Assembly: GCF_001194135.2 (NCBI RefSeq) | Contig: NC_068982.1 | Coordinates: forward strand, 123,098,007 to 123,162,006 | DNA length: 64,000 bases | From: Octopus bimaculoides | Lineage: Eukaryota | Direction of reading: 5' to 3' | Shown: one piece after another, positions 25,380 to 38,629 of the stretch | How positions within the stretch are numbered: the first letter of the stretch is position 1 | Layout of the letters: each line of letters opens with the position of its first letter | Made by a program: the position numbers and the translations under genes | The notes under the pieces: generated by a model | What the model saw: only the letters and a program-made list of their open reading frames with translations | Database searches by the model: none | Told to the model about the DNA's origin: nothing

Positions 25380-25720
25380 CAACAGGATGCTTTGATAATT
25401 AGTGTATTCCATGGTATTTGGGCTAGGTATTGTTTATTATTTGGGCTTTCTGATATAAATGAAGCTGTATGAAGCTTGTTCAAGATATGCATACTGAGTA
25501 GTAGTGGATTATGGGCGAGTAAAGAAAATTCGAAGCAATGAGAGGGAAATGAACTGATTGTAGAACATAAGTGAAAACATAGGTGTATAGCATAAAGTGA
25601 ATGTATGCTAAGAAAATTTCTTGACTTGATGTGCATAGCTGGGGTGATTGGTCTATGAATATGTTATAAAAATCAAAGATTGGGAGTTGATGGTAGTGGT
25701 AAGTCAAGGAACTAGAATGC
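25380..25720 (-). mobile_element. Possible highly decayed CR1/L2-like LINE fragment
   Basis: Strand-biased composition and only weak RT-like peptides in broken frames. Confidence 0.3.
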
Positions 25721-28067
25721 AGTGGTAAAAACGTTTAGTCTTATGATAAAATTGCATAATCTCAAGGCAAAGAAGAAAAAAAAATACTCATAAGAAAAAA
25801 GCAATATTTTTCTATTTGCTTAAAAGTGATGTTTCTTTTAAATTCGTATCTTTAAGCTGGCATGAGATACATTAGAATGATTAGAAAGAAACTTGACTAA
25901 TTAAAACATTGTCTTAGGTGACTAGATGTTTGGAAGAACAAAATCAGCTAGAAACCAAAACTATTGCCACCACCAGCATAACATTGAGAAATTTACATTT
26001 TAAATGAATATAACTGTTAATACTAAAATGACATCATGATTTTTTTTTAGTCATTTCCTTAACCTATAGAAATTGATAAAGGAAGTGTCATATAATGAAC
26101 TTTGAAATTGTTCTTTTTCAATTTGAAATTGATATTCAATTATTGACATGAATCGTAGAGTATATTCAAGATATGATGTGTTTTGATTTATCAGTGATTT
26201 AAGTCACACATTGAGAGTAGAAACCACATGGAAAGTTCTCACTTATGTTTGAATTAATATTCTTTAAGAAGTTAATGAGTGTCTTGAAGTATTTCTTTCT
26301 TTTTTGTTAGTTATTCTGGGTGGAAATTGTGACTTCCTAATCAATTTGACCACTTAACATTTTGTCAGTGGTGCTTGTTTTGTCAACTAAGTCTTCTGGT
26401 TTTTGAAGTAGGCAATTCAAAAGTCATGACTGGGTTTCCTGCTTACTACTAAGTTCACTGACAGTCAGGTAGCCTGTCAGATCAAGATAATGGTTTTGTC
26501 AGTGGAACGGATGAAGTAATGCAATTTCAAACAGACTTCACTAGTGTATATACACACCTCTCAAAGTGATTGAGAGAAAAAGTTAGCTTTTACTTTTAGG
26601 AGACTGATTGTCATAGTAGTGTGCTGTTTACTTCAACCAACATTAATAAAATTTCATATTAAAGAAGCATCAGTTATAAAAACCTTCCACAATAGAACTG
26701 TTGTTTGTGTTTGACATAGGTCAGTTATAGAATACTTACATTTATGGTTTTACTGTTTTTAATGGTTCTTGTATTTGGTGAAGCATAAATGGGGAAAAAA
26801 AAATGTTTACCTTCTACTTCAATAGCAAGTGATGTGTGCGTGTATATTTTCTGTATTTTGATCATGAGAGGGATAAAAGAGTCAGGATTAAGGTTATACA
26901 TTAGAAAGATATTAAGATTCAGGTGGATATGTAGCAAACTTTCAATTGTTGTTGATGTTTTTGTTATTGTTTTCATTATTATTTCTAACTTTGGTTTTAA
27001 AGCTACAGTGAAGGATTTCAGAACCAAATCCTTCTGGGAGATTCTATTTACAAATAACTCGCCTTTCATTGTGTAGCTGAAGAATTGCTAGAGAAATTTG
27101 AAACCTGAAAGTGTTAATAATAATTAGGTAGAAACTATGTACTTGTATGACAGTGTGAGTAATTGTTACTCTAGAGATGCATTGGTGTATAAGTTAGGTT
27201 GTTATGAGGTAGTTATGCAACTTGTGGTCAGCACGAATGGAAGTGATATTTGAGAACAGAATTGTAAATAGTTTGTTAGAGGTTTTAGATATGTATTTCT
27301 TTCTTAAAAGATCTAATTAGTACGGGAGATGGAGGTATTGGTATCATAATGACTGGAATACTAAACCTACAATTTGAATGCTAAATGTTAACTTTTTGGT
27401 ATGCTTAATGAGATTATATGACTTGAATTCATGAACTGTTCTTTGGTTAATTTTGTGTTCAAAATTTCATACTTGAATCATTGAAATAAGTGACATAATT
27501 ACAACCATAAATGCAATCAAGAGAAATGAGATTTTAATCTCTCATAAATACACTGAAATAAAATTATTTATGTTAAAGATCTTTGAACTTGTGAAACTAC
27601 TTTTGTATTTAATTTCTCAAAATGTCTGTTCAAATTCTGAAACCTTGTATCAGTATTAGAAATATAAATTTTGCTCCTAACAATCAAAAAGTTACATAAT
27701 AACATAAGATTTAGTTACTGTGTTTGAGATTTCTAGTTTAATGAAATTTTAGGTCAGTATCTAAGGCAAGTGATTGTGTTATAGGTTTGTCAGTGCATTA
27801 AGAGTGATAATGGGTATCAGAATCTGTGAAAAGTCGAAGCATTTTGAAAATTCATTTAATTTTATTATTTAAATATGATATAAGTAACTGTATACACTAG
27901 AAATAAATTTCTAGATTTTTCCTTTACTTATTTACTAAAGTTTTCTCCATTTAGTATTTGTGCATGCATGCAAAATTTCAGTATTCAGACATGGACTTGT
28001 ATGATGCAGAATTGCAAACAATTTTTAGTAGCTCCAGTCACTCAGTTTGTTTGATTAGATCTCTCTC

Positions 28068-28385
28068 TCTCCCCTCTTTCTCCTCTCCCCTCTTTCTCCT
28101 CTCCCCTCTTTCTCCTCTCCCCTCTTTCTCCTCTCCCCNNNNNNNNNNNNNNNNNNNNNNNNNNNNNNNNNNNNNNNNNNNNNNNNNNNNNNNNNNNNNN
28201 NNNNNNNNNNNNNNNNNNNNNNNNNNNNNNNNNNNNNNNNNNNNNNNNNNNNNNNNNNNNNNNNNNNNNNNNNNNNNNNNNNNNNNNNNNNNNNNNNNNN
28301 NNNNNNNNNNNNNNNNNNNNNNNNNNNNNNNNNNNNNNNNNNCTGTCTCTCCCCCCCGTCACCCACTGTCTCCCCTCTCTCCCTC
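28068..28385. repeat. 16-bp polypyrimidine minisatellite (ctcccctctttctcct)n running into a gap
   Basis: About four units visible before the N-run; related CT-rich sequence follows it. Confidence 0.9.
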
Positions 28386-29906
28386 TCACACTTGCAAAGC
28401 TCTATCTTTTGATATGACATAATTTCACCTTAAGTTTGGTCTACAATTGAACTGGCATGTAACAAAAGCACCTTGGTCCTGTTCTATCCAGTTGGAAGGG
28501 TCATTTTGTGGCCTCTGTTCATATCTTATACTGATGGAAAAGTCACTATTACTATAAATAATTCTATCCTTATTGATTTATATATTACTGGACTAGAAAA
28601 TAACTATCAGCTTCATGCATTTTTTTTTATATTAAAACCAATATCCATTGCAACTGTTCAATAATGATTACTTTTCACTCAACATAGTCTGTTTTATAAA
28701 ATATTGAACTGGCTTCAATATTCTACTTTATCAACTTCTGGAGGAAGAATAGCAAAGTTGGTCCTGAGATTGATATTCAGGCTTGTGAGCTACTAAAATA
28801 AATACTGTGAAGCATGTAGGACTGGTTTTAGTACTTGGAGTACTCAATAGATGGTGGGTTCAACAGAAAGTAGGATAAACATCTTGTGGATTTTAGTTAC
28901 GTTTCCTTGTGTTCTGAATTTACTTTTCTTTTATCTGTTTGGAGTTGATAAAAACAAGTGCTAAATTTGTGACCTTGTGTCAGTGGAGCAAAGAAAAAAA
29001 AAAAATTCTGTAGCAATACAAATATACAGAACTATGTTTGTTTTAAAGATTAGTGCTCCTGTTAGATACCATAATATTTCAGCATTTGAAAAGAGATCTA
29101 AAAGTGTTTGTTCTTAAAGAAGACTAGAACTGAGAATGTTAAAATACAAAAAAAGAAAATAAAATAATAATTTTAGTACCTACTATATATTGCTAACATT
29201 TCTAACCCTAGAATAAATAAATTTACTAATTCAAGCTTTATATATGTCCTCTTTCTCACTTTATATATCATGTTTGTTTTTATTTTCAGGTAAGATTATT
29301 CTCACATTTTCGAATGAATCACAAACTGCAAGTAAAACTTTTATGATTGAATATTTAGTTACTTAGCTATAAAAAAAAAAAAAAAAAAATTCAGATATCT
29401 TTTTCTCTCCTTCCTTTCTAACAAAAAAAATCTGAAGTGAAATGTAAGATGGAAGTTGAATATGAATGGAAAACAAGACTAAATAGTTTTAAAAAGTCAC
29501 ATGTACAGTATATACATACATAAAAAAGGAAATGTATTTTAATGTATTATTTAAAAAAATTTTTTAAAGTGACTTTTCATGAAACAAATGAACTCAAGAT
29601 AGAATTTAGAATTTTTAATCAGTTGATGATGGTATCTTTTTGTTGTAGGTGTAAAATACAATTATTACATAGAAGAGGTTCTTACTAGATTTCAAGAACT
29701 TAGAGGAAAAAGGATATACTTTAATTACTAAGGAAAAAAATGTAATATTTTCATTTATCAAGATTGATACTATCACTTTGATTCAATGTTAAATTTGGTT
29801 CAGTACTAGAAGACCTCCACAAAATGTACAGACAGCCTCTTTCGCGAATGATATCACCATCTTGTTCTAACACTATTCTCCAAACACTGCTGTACAATTT
29901 ATGATT

Positions 29907-30950
29907 ATCATCTTTTCATGTCTGCTTTCCATGCTGGCATGTATTGGATGGTCTGAGAGGATCTGACAAGCAACAGGATTGCATCAAGCTCCAGTGTCAG
30001 CCTTGATATGGTTTCTGTGGTTGGATACCTTTCCTAATGCCAACCACTTCAGTGCATACTAGATGTTTCTTATGCCACTGGCACTAATGAAGTCACCAAG
30101 TAACTTGTAAGACAAGAAGGGAAAAGCCTTTTGACTGAATGTGAGTGTAGTTGAGAGAGGGAGTTAGGTATATGCCAATTGTCGAGAAGCTGAAGTATGA
30201 CAGAGGAACAAGCACAGGTATCTTGCTATAGAAGAAATACATGGCTAACCTGCATTATATAAGTTGGTGGGGGTGGCTGGAAAGATGAAGATGGTGGTGA
30301 CTAGGTTCATGAGCAAACTTTCAAGGTGAGTATAAGAGAGTATATGCACTGTGGAGGGTTAAATGCAAGCGGAGAGTAACTGATGATTAGAGATAGTAAT
30401 AGACGTGAATGTAGTGAGTGAGTGAGTGAACAAGGATGGAGGTGTGGTTGGTGATGAATATTAGTATGCAGGTGGGGGAAGGTGAAAGAGACAGAGGTGG
30501 TTCAGGAAGGAAGAAGTGACACATGGCAGTACAGGAAAGGAGGAGAGCAGCTGCAGATTGATCAGAAGGTAAGATGATGTGCAAGGTGTGAAGTGAAATT
30601 GGAGATGGATAAGAGATACATAGTGACAAAGATGAAGGTCTGAGGTGTATAAAGGTGGCTATAGTGAGTTAAGTGACAATCATGGAATGGGGCATTGATG
30701 GCAGATACAAGAGGGTGTTGAGAATGAAGAAGATATGAGAGGTATTGAAGATGAGGTATGGCAGACCTACATTTTAGGTCTCACATTTCTCTGAGGAAAG
30801 AAAGAGGTAACCGAAGGTTCAGAAAGGAGAACAATTAGTGGAAAGTAGTGTAGGAAGGGATGAAAATGGGGATAGATTTAAATAAGTGGGAGAAGGTGGT
30901 AATTAGTAGTGCAAAAGGGGGATTGCAATAGCTGAGTAGTATCATATTAT
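29907..30950 (-). mobile_element. SINE-B-like 3' tail continuing into ~0.9 kb of strand-biased sequence (probable LINE 3' end)
   Basis: 29907-30050 is the reverse complement of the family B tail. The LINE assignment of the remainder is inferred from contiguity and purine skew only. Confidence 0.5.
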
Positions 30951-31954
30951 ACACACATAAAACAAAAATACTAAAATTTACATGAAATTTTTGCATAATT
31001 TTCACAACATACACTTAGAAAGAAAACACAGTAAAGAAAAGTAAAACAATGCACAAACATACTTAGTAATCACAGGTACCACAATAGGCTCACAGAAAGA
31101 AACGAGTGGTGTATAGATGAAAAAAAAGAAAGAAAAACAGGTCCATCATAAACTATGCTACAACAAACTACAAAGAATTTAAATCGGCACAAAATGCATC
31201 ATAACAGGTTGTATGCAGACTACACCTACTGATCAGCTGTGAAATAAAATGTAATAAATAGGAAAGGCCATCTGGACATGTGAGGGGAACAGTTTGTTGT
31301 TGGCCAAGCTTCAACTGTCACGGTCCCTCTCACTACATGAAAAACAACTAACAGAACACTGCTGCAACAACATGCAAAAACAGCATCTTTACAATCAGCC
31401 CAGATGAGCATAAGGGTCTTATACAGAAATAATTGCAACATCTATTGCCTCACTGTCCACAAACACTGTTGGAATGCACACTATCAGCAATAAGTTCAGA
31501 GGAGTAGTAACTGTTACACTTTCTTGTCTCTGTTGGGGCTATCACTAGAAGTTATGAGAGAACAGAAATAGACTAGATAGTAGAGAGTGTGCAATATGTG
31601 CATGCTCACAATGTCCTGAATATAAATTTCTTAACCACATGTAAATGTAAATAATGTACATAATTCCTCATCTCTTAAATATAGAACTGTAAGTAAAAGT
31701 TATTGAATGAAGTATATATGTAGTTAAGATCTTCGTAATGGGTGATAAAAGATTTGTCCAAATGTTTATCATCCAATAGCAAATGATGGCAACCATTTCT
31801 AGCTATTAATGGGCTTCTTGGCTTTCACATTTGCAATACTTACCTCTTAATTTATGAGAAACTTATTGTGTTCATATGCAAAACACATATCAATAACTGA
31901 TCCATACATCATGCATATTATCAGTTAGATATTTAAACAAGATCACTGATCAAG

Positions 31955-32345
31955 GCACAGGTATGGATGTGTGGTTAAGAAATTCGTTTTCCAACTATAT
32001 GGAGTCAGTTGCACTGCATGACATCTTGGTTAAGTAGCTTCTACTATAGCCCCAGATTGACCAAAACCTTGGGGATAGATTTTGTAGATGGAAACCAAAA
32101 GAAGTCTGTTGTATGCATATATATGTATGTGTGTATTTGTGTCTCCTTGTCTTGACATTGCAGGATAGCTGTAAAGAGTGTCACTGTCATATAAGCAGTG
32201 TCATTTATTTTCAGTAGTCTGTGAAAACCTGTCTGACCATGAGGTAGTATTACCTTGCTTGAAAAGTGTGAGGGTTGCTGACATGAAGGGCATCTAACCA
32301 TAGAAAGTTTGCCCAATAAACTTTGTCTGACCCATGATAATAATG
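31955..32345 (+). mobile_element. Full-length SINE family A
   Basis: tRNA-like head ggcacaggtatggatgtgtggttaag; body and aagggcatc...atgataataatgat tail shared with 37280-37680. Confidence 0.75.
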
Positions 32346-35300
32346 ATTTTGAAACCTTTTAAACATCATCAAAAGAAACAGATCTTTTTTGTCAAGTGAA
32401 AACAAATATTGACTGAGTAAAAAGACAGGGGCTGTGACTGTCACTATAGCTGACTTTTTGTAAGAAAGAGTTAAATGATTATATGTTTGAATGCTTTTAC
32501 TCTGGTTTTCATCAAAAGGTAGAGAATATGAGGAAAATCAATATTGTGCCTCAGAAACAGAAAATCCTGTGGAGTGAGAGTTATTTTCCCAATGAGACAA
32601 GTCTATTATTCAGTTTCAGTTCTTGATTTTAACTGAAGTTTTCCATGTCCTTAAGAAATGTCACAGTTTTCCATTTTCACCTCTGTCATTAATGTAATGT
32701 CTTGTGCTTTCAAAATAAATCAATAATAAAGTGTATTTCAAGTTATTTATCATTATAGTATAGTAAAAAATAATCTTTCCATACAAACTGGTTGAATGAT
32801 TTATGGTACTGTTAGATTGAAAATGTTTAAGAAGAATCAGACTGATTTAGTTTATTATTGCCAAAATTTCAAAGGATAGATTTGGATTAGGATTCAGTGC
32901 ATTAATGTTGAAAGGAAATTTTGGTTGTTAAGGTTAAATGTTGAAAATTGATTACAGACAATGTAGAAGAGTCAATTTTCTTTAAAACTTTACTTTGGCT
33001 AACACACACTACAAAAGTAGATTAGCTAAGAAACTGGGAGTTAGTGGAAGAAATAACCAAGGCCAATTCACAGCCCTTTTCCAAATCATAAAGTTTGTAT
33101 CAACAATAATTGTTTTGTATTTCTGTTTTCTTATTACTTTTCTTTCCATTTTCCATCTCTTTATACTTCCTTTCTCCTTTTTTTATTCCCTTCTTTGTCT
33201 ATCATTCTCATCATTTTTTTTTGCTTTCCCCCCTTTCTTCCTCCACCCTCATTTAAGTTTTGCTCTTTTTTCTTCCCCTTCTCCTTCCCCAGAAACTGAT
33301 CTTTAGCTCTTTTGACTTTTTTGTATCATTACAAAACCTGTGGAATTCTAGCAATTACAGTTATTTCAGCAATGTATGAAATTCATAGACTGCTGGGACT
33401 GTTGTCAGACTTTCTACTTTATAAGTTAAAAATACTTATCATTAGAGGCAAGATGAATAGAAGTAGAAACCATGAAATAACATAAGCTAAAATATACTTA
33501 TAACTATTTATAAATACTGGTATAAACTTATTTATCTGAACCATTTTTCATTCAAATCATGTTTATTTCATTAATTTGATCATAATATTCTCCATAATAC
33601 ATCAAAACTCCAAACAAAATTGCTGACTGGAATGATTTTTTTCTTGAAAATATTTTTGTCTTTCAAATTCAGTTTCTAGTTCAAATTATTTAATCTCTTT
33701 TTGTTTGGTCTACAAATATTATAAATATTAGCAAAGAAATTAGGGCGTGAAATGTAGATATTATGATTCATTCTAGCAAATTATCACTTTTAATCTTTTG
33801 ACACCCTTGATGCAATCTTAAGGGTGGATGCTAATATTGGCACTTATTTTATGTCTAAACAGAGCAGCCACTAGCATTTTAGTAGATTTCAGTTTGGTAG
33901 AAATCCTTAATGCTGAAATTGGATATTCTGTATTGCACTTCATAAATAGACCAACCAACTTTTCTCATAGAGATGAATTCCTATATTTAACAAACATTTG
34001 TTTATGAATAAACTTTTTGCCATATAGTTTTTAGTTTGACACTTCCTCACATATTTATTCTTTTCTTAACTCTATTTCCTATCTCGTTGAATCTGAAATT
34101 TCATGAATTAATGGTTGTCTCACTGTTTGGTTAACTATAATATATCACATTTAGTTTATACCTTCTTTAACCATTTTGGATTTAAATCTGAATATTTGTT
34201 TTTGTTTTTAAAAAAACATTGTCCCCTTTTTACACAATATGTGTACTGTCTCAGTCTTTGATTTTGTTTATTAAGGAAGTAAAATTTTAAGCAAGCTTCT
34301 AAATTGTCAGTCATTTGGCCTAATCTATGTAGCAATCAAGTTCCTCACAAACACCCTTATGAATGAATGGGCTTAGCTATGAAATTTAGGACAATATACT
34401 CTCAATAAAGATGGGTTACTCGTGACAAGAATGCTAGTGATGCAATATTTTTCTCAAACTCACATGCCAGAATGTATTTGCATATCCAGGATGCAGAATC
34501 TATTGGCCGGCTCTCAATAATTTTATTGATTTTAAAGTATTACTGAAAATAAGTGGTTTTATTTAAAGGTTATATATTTTGTAGTAAAACAATAGAATCC
34601 AAGGAAACTAGTGATGGTCTACTTTGGCAAAGAGTAATGTAAAAAATTCAATGAGTAAAATAAATTTTATGCTGTGAGAAAGAATATTAACATTTTGGGA
34701 AAAGTCTTTCATTGGAGAGATATGTATTTTCTTTGTTTAGGGCATTTGGTGAGACTTTATTACTTTATGGGCACTTGCAATTTTTATTCCTTATTTTAAT
34801 GCTCTAAAGGAGAGTCAACTCCGACTCTTCCACTAAACACAATCAAACTTCACTTGAGTATGTATAGAGTAAGAGAGAATATATTAAAAAATTTTTCATT
34901 TCCCATGTATCTCAATGATGATCTCGCATCACTTTTTGCAATAACATTTAAAAGCATGTACTTACAATGTATTTCTTGGATAAGTAAATTTATCTTCAAT
35001 AGTCAGAAGCCAAGTTTACCACAAATATTCTTAATTTTACTTAGGAGCTGATATTATCTGTAGTCAACATGTAATAGATTTGTTTGTGTTAACTACTTTC
35101 TTTTATCTTTTGCAAGACTTGCTCTTACATTCAGTTGCCCCTTATTCTTTTACTATCCTTATCTTTAAAGAAACATTTTTCATTATGTAAGGCTTTAAAG
35201 TTTTTCTGTTTCTATATTAACACCTCTGATGTAGATATTTACAGATGAATACCATTTGAAATGCATATCATACTAACAGTCAGTATTATTTTTGTAATGC

Positions 35301-36331
35301 TAAAGTTCAGCTACTTTATCACATCTCATTAGTATTTAGATGTTTATGCAGATTAGTGCTAGCCTAATTGAATTTTGTTGAAGTTCTGAAGTTTCGAGCA
35401 TCAACTGAGATTTTCAGGACCAATGGGCTGTAGTGTGTTGTTTTAATTTCTCTGTTATTCTTGCATTTGAGTATTTCCAGTTAATATATACAAGTTAACA
35501 TTTTGTTGGAAATCATTGACCAATTCTTGTATAGCTGATCTATGATATAAAAGCCACCAATCCAATCTTTTCATATTTATAAGGACAGTATGTAGAAGTA
35601 CTAAAAAGGGAAATGAGCAAATAATGTACATACCTTTTTTTAAACGGGTAGAAATAACATAGATTATGTATTTAATGTATTTCAGATGAATTAAATAACA
35701 TTTTTATACTAAAAATACTCATCAGTTTTTATTTAGCAAGTTAACTGAATCCTAAAAATATTTTCTTGTAGATATATTAACTCTTGTCAAGAAGGAAGGA
35801 AAGCTTTATCGATCTAAAACTAAGTTTGATTTTCTGACTGTTGTCCAAAAGTACATAACATGTTAGTCCCAAAATATCTTTTTGTCTTTATTGGATTTAG
35901 AAGCAAAATGTGTAGTCACTGGTTTCAGTTACAGCATTTATAACCTTTAAGCAATTGTCATGTTTTCTTAAAGTACTGTCATGGCTGGCAAGCATAGATA
36001 AATTCTTATATTTAGCTTGTTTTCATTAAATCAGGAATGTTGGTGTGATAAAGTTTTGAACAATGTTATATGTTAAATGTGTTTTCATGCAATAAATCTG
36101 GCACACCTTGTATTTTCTCATCTACATACCTGAATATTCTTTTCTGATTTTAAGATGGTGGTCATTTGAAACTTGAAGATATCATCAAATTTGCCCATAA
36201 CTATTTCCCTTCCAGTCCTTAAATCTATTGGCTGAATGTAATGTAAGGTATCAAGGTGTAACTTCAGAATAGTTCTAGGATCTTTGTGATTTGAATCACT
36301 GTCTCCAATTTTGTTCCAGTTTTCAAATTTT

Positions 36332-36870
36332 GTATATGGATTAAGTTTTGCATACTAATTATGAAAATGAAAATCATTTTTCCTATAAATTTATAATTAG
36401 AAAGTTATTAGCCTTTAAAGTTTGCAAAATTTGGGTATTTTAGCCAATCAAAAGCAAGTATTTTATTCATTGCCATGAAGTTCTGTTAGCATAGTAAGCA
36501 ATGAACCCTGTTTCCATAGTAACCAAGGAGTGTAACCACCACATGTTCTATAACTGTTTGCAAAGAACTGTTTCCATAGTAACCAAAGATGCTGCGCATG
36601 CGCATAAGAAGTGTAACTACCATGTGTTCCATAATTGTTTGTTTGCATAACAGTAGGAATTTGATTCGAAAACTGTATACAGATTTTGACATGCCGGTGC
36701 CTCCTGCTTCTGTGACAGATGACGGAAGATGAAGTCAATGCGCTGTTTTCTGATTGGCTGAAAATTCTGAAAATGATCAAACTTTGAACACCTGTAACAT
36801 TTTCACAAAATTTTTCTGTAATAGATTAATAACAAATTCAGATTCAGCATCACAAATTGCATCTATATGC
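36332..36870. mobile_element. Non-autonomous element bounded by ~120-bp diverged inverted repeats
   Basis: The left arm (tatatggat...aaagtttg...agccaatca) and the reverse complement of the right arm (catatagat...aaagtttg...agccaatca) keep the same 84-nt spacing between the first two anchors. Confidence 0.6.
36442..36759. promoter_or_regulatory. Cluster of consensus TF motifs: 2 RFX X-boxes, NRF1-type palindrome, 2 CCAAT boxes, ETS core
   Basis: gtttccatagtaac at 36510-36523 and 36570-36583; tgcgcatgcgca at 36593-36604; agccaatca at 36442-36450; tgattggct at 36751-36759; cggaag at 36723-36728. Function untested. Confidence 0.45.
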
Positions 36871-37279
36871 TACATTCAAAAGTTTTTTTTTAAAGATTTC
36901 GACATGTACTGACTCAAACCACAAAGATTCTAGTTTCAATTTCTTTACATAGCGATTAAACATGTGAAATAAAATGAAATTGTTTCAAAAGCCTTATTAA
37001 ATAGATGTTATAGGGAAAGACTTGTTTCAGTCTTATGTAGATAATTAGATTTACTCTCAAATCCCTAGTTTTGTTGCTTATTGTTTTAATATTTTTACAG
37101 TTAATAGTTGAGTAAATTAGAAAACGGTGAGGAATTTACAGAACTGTGTGTGTGTGCGCGTGCAGTTATCTGGCTGAAACTTTATTTTCCTCTAAAATGT
37201 GTATGAATTTGAGAACTTTTTTTAACAAAGGGAAAAATATAATTTTAAAAATAGTTTTATATCAAGATGAAGTAAAAGC

Positions 37280-37680
37280 GTGGATGTGTGGTTTGTTTCA
37301 GACCCTTAGTGTGACCCCTTGGTGAAGTGTCTTCTGTTATAGTCCTGGGCTGGCCAAAACCTTGTGTACAAATTTCATGGATGGAAACCAAAAGCCTGTC
37401 ATATATGTATATAATTATTTGTATGCATATGTGTACATGTTTGTGTGTACCCTTGTCTTGACATTATGTGGTGGTTGTAAATGAGCATCACTGTCATACA
37501 TGTAATGTTATTTGTTTCCAGTCTTACTTGAAAAATATGTTTGGTCAAGAGGAAATATTACCTTGCATGGAAAAAGTTGAGGATGGCAACAGGAAGGGCA
37601 TCCAGCTATAGAAAACCTGTCTCAAATTCCATCTGATCCCTGCAAGCATGGGAAAGTGGACAGTAAAACAATGATGATTC
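37280..37680 (+). mobile_element. SINE family A
   Basis: Homologous to 31955-32345 along its length. Confidence 0.75.
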
Positions 37681-38339
37681 TGATTTGTCTTATTTCCCTA
37701 TATCAGTTAATAATTGTATTAGTACAAAAGACATAAGCCTACACCTGCCTTTCATATTTTTGTTTTCGTTCATATACCTGATTATTTCTTGTTCACTTGA
37801 AAGTTTGTGAAAGATCTAAATGAAAATCTTGCATTTCTGACATCATAATTTTGTTGACATATTCAGTCTTCTATGTATTATAAGTACACAGCAGAAGTAC
37901 ATTATTTTTGTATTCTATTAAAGTCAAGTTATCAATGTTTTGCATTTACAATCCAACACGTATTACTATACCTAAAGTTCACCAAACACTCACTTAGGTA
38001 GCATTAGTTTTCAGTAAATCTTGGCATTTTAGAATAAACTTCTTATATTTGTTTCTGTGGAATTTGTTCAATTTGCCATATTCTAATTTAAAGTTCATTA
38101 TTTCAGATAACATTTGTGGACATTAAAAGCAATGACCTTCCTTTTGTTCTTTCATTTTGTTCTTTTCTTCTCTCTCTCTCAACATATAGTTTAGATCTAG
38201 TTTTGGTCTGTGAAACTGTTCATACTTTAAATTGGGTGAAGTAGAGTAAAGAGAATACAGAACAGTGGTGTGTGTATGTAGTTTAAAATTTCCACCTTTT
38301 AATACAGTGGTCCTGTTTTTAAGTGACTCCTCTTAAGGT

Positions 38340-38440
38340 TCTTTTATTCTTCTATAGCTTTTGGTCAACCAAGGCCTTGTTAGTGACACTGGTAGATGGA
38401 AACTGAAAGAAGCCTGTGTATGTTGTGTATGTATGTAGTG
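38340..38440 (+). mobile_element. SINE family A fragment
   Basis: cttctatagc...caaggccttg...gtagatggaaactgaaagaagcc matches the family A middle section. Confidence 0.6.
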
Positions 38441-38629
38441 GCTATCTACTCCTTGCAGAGCTTGATCTCTTCTTGTACTTATAATTGCTCTTTCTTGGTG
38501 TGAGATGTTAAATGACTTTTGAGCCTGAAAAGGTGCTTGAAGAGCTGATCACACACACTGTAGCAATGGCTTATTTGAGCATTGGCTCCATTCTCCATTG
38601 TTGATTATGAATGTTCAAGTGCTGCTTCA

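Noticed and set aside
26725-27076. Overlapping 114-aa and 95-aa ORFs
   Set aside because: Composition-driven open frames. A single IYASPN motif is insufficient to call a LINE endonuclease.
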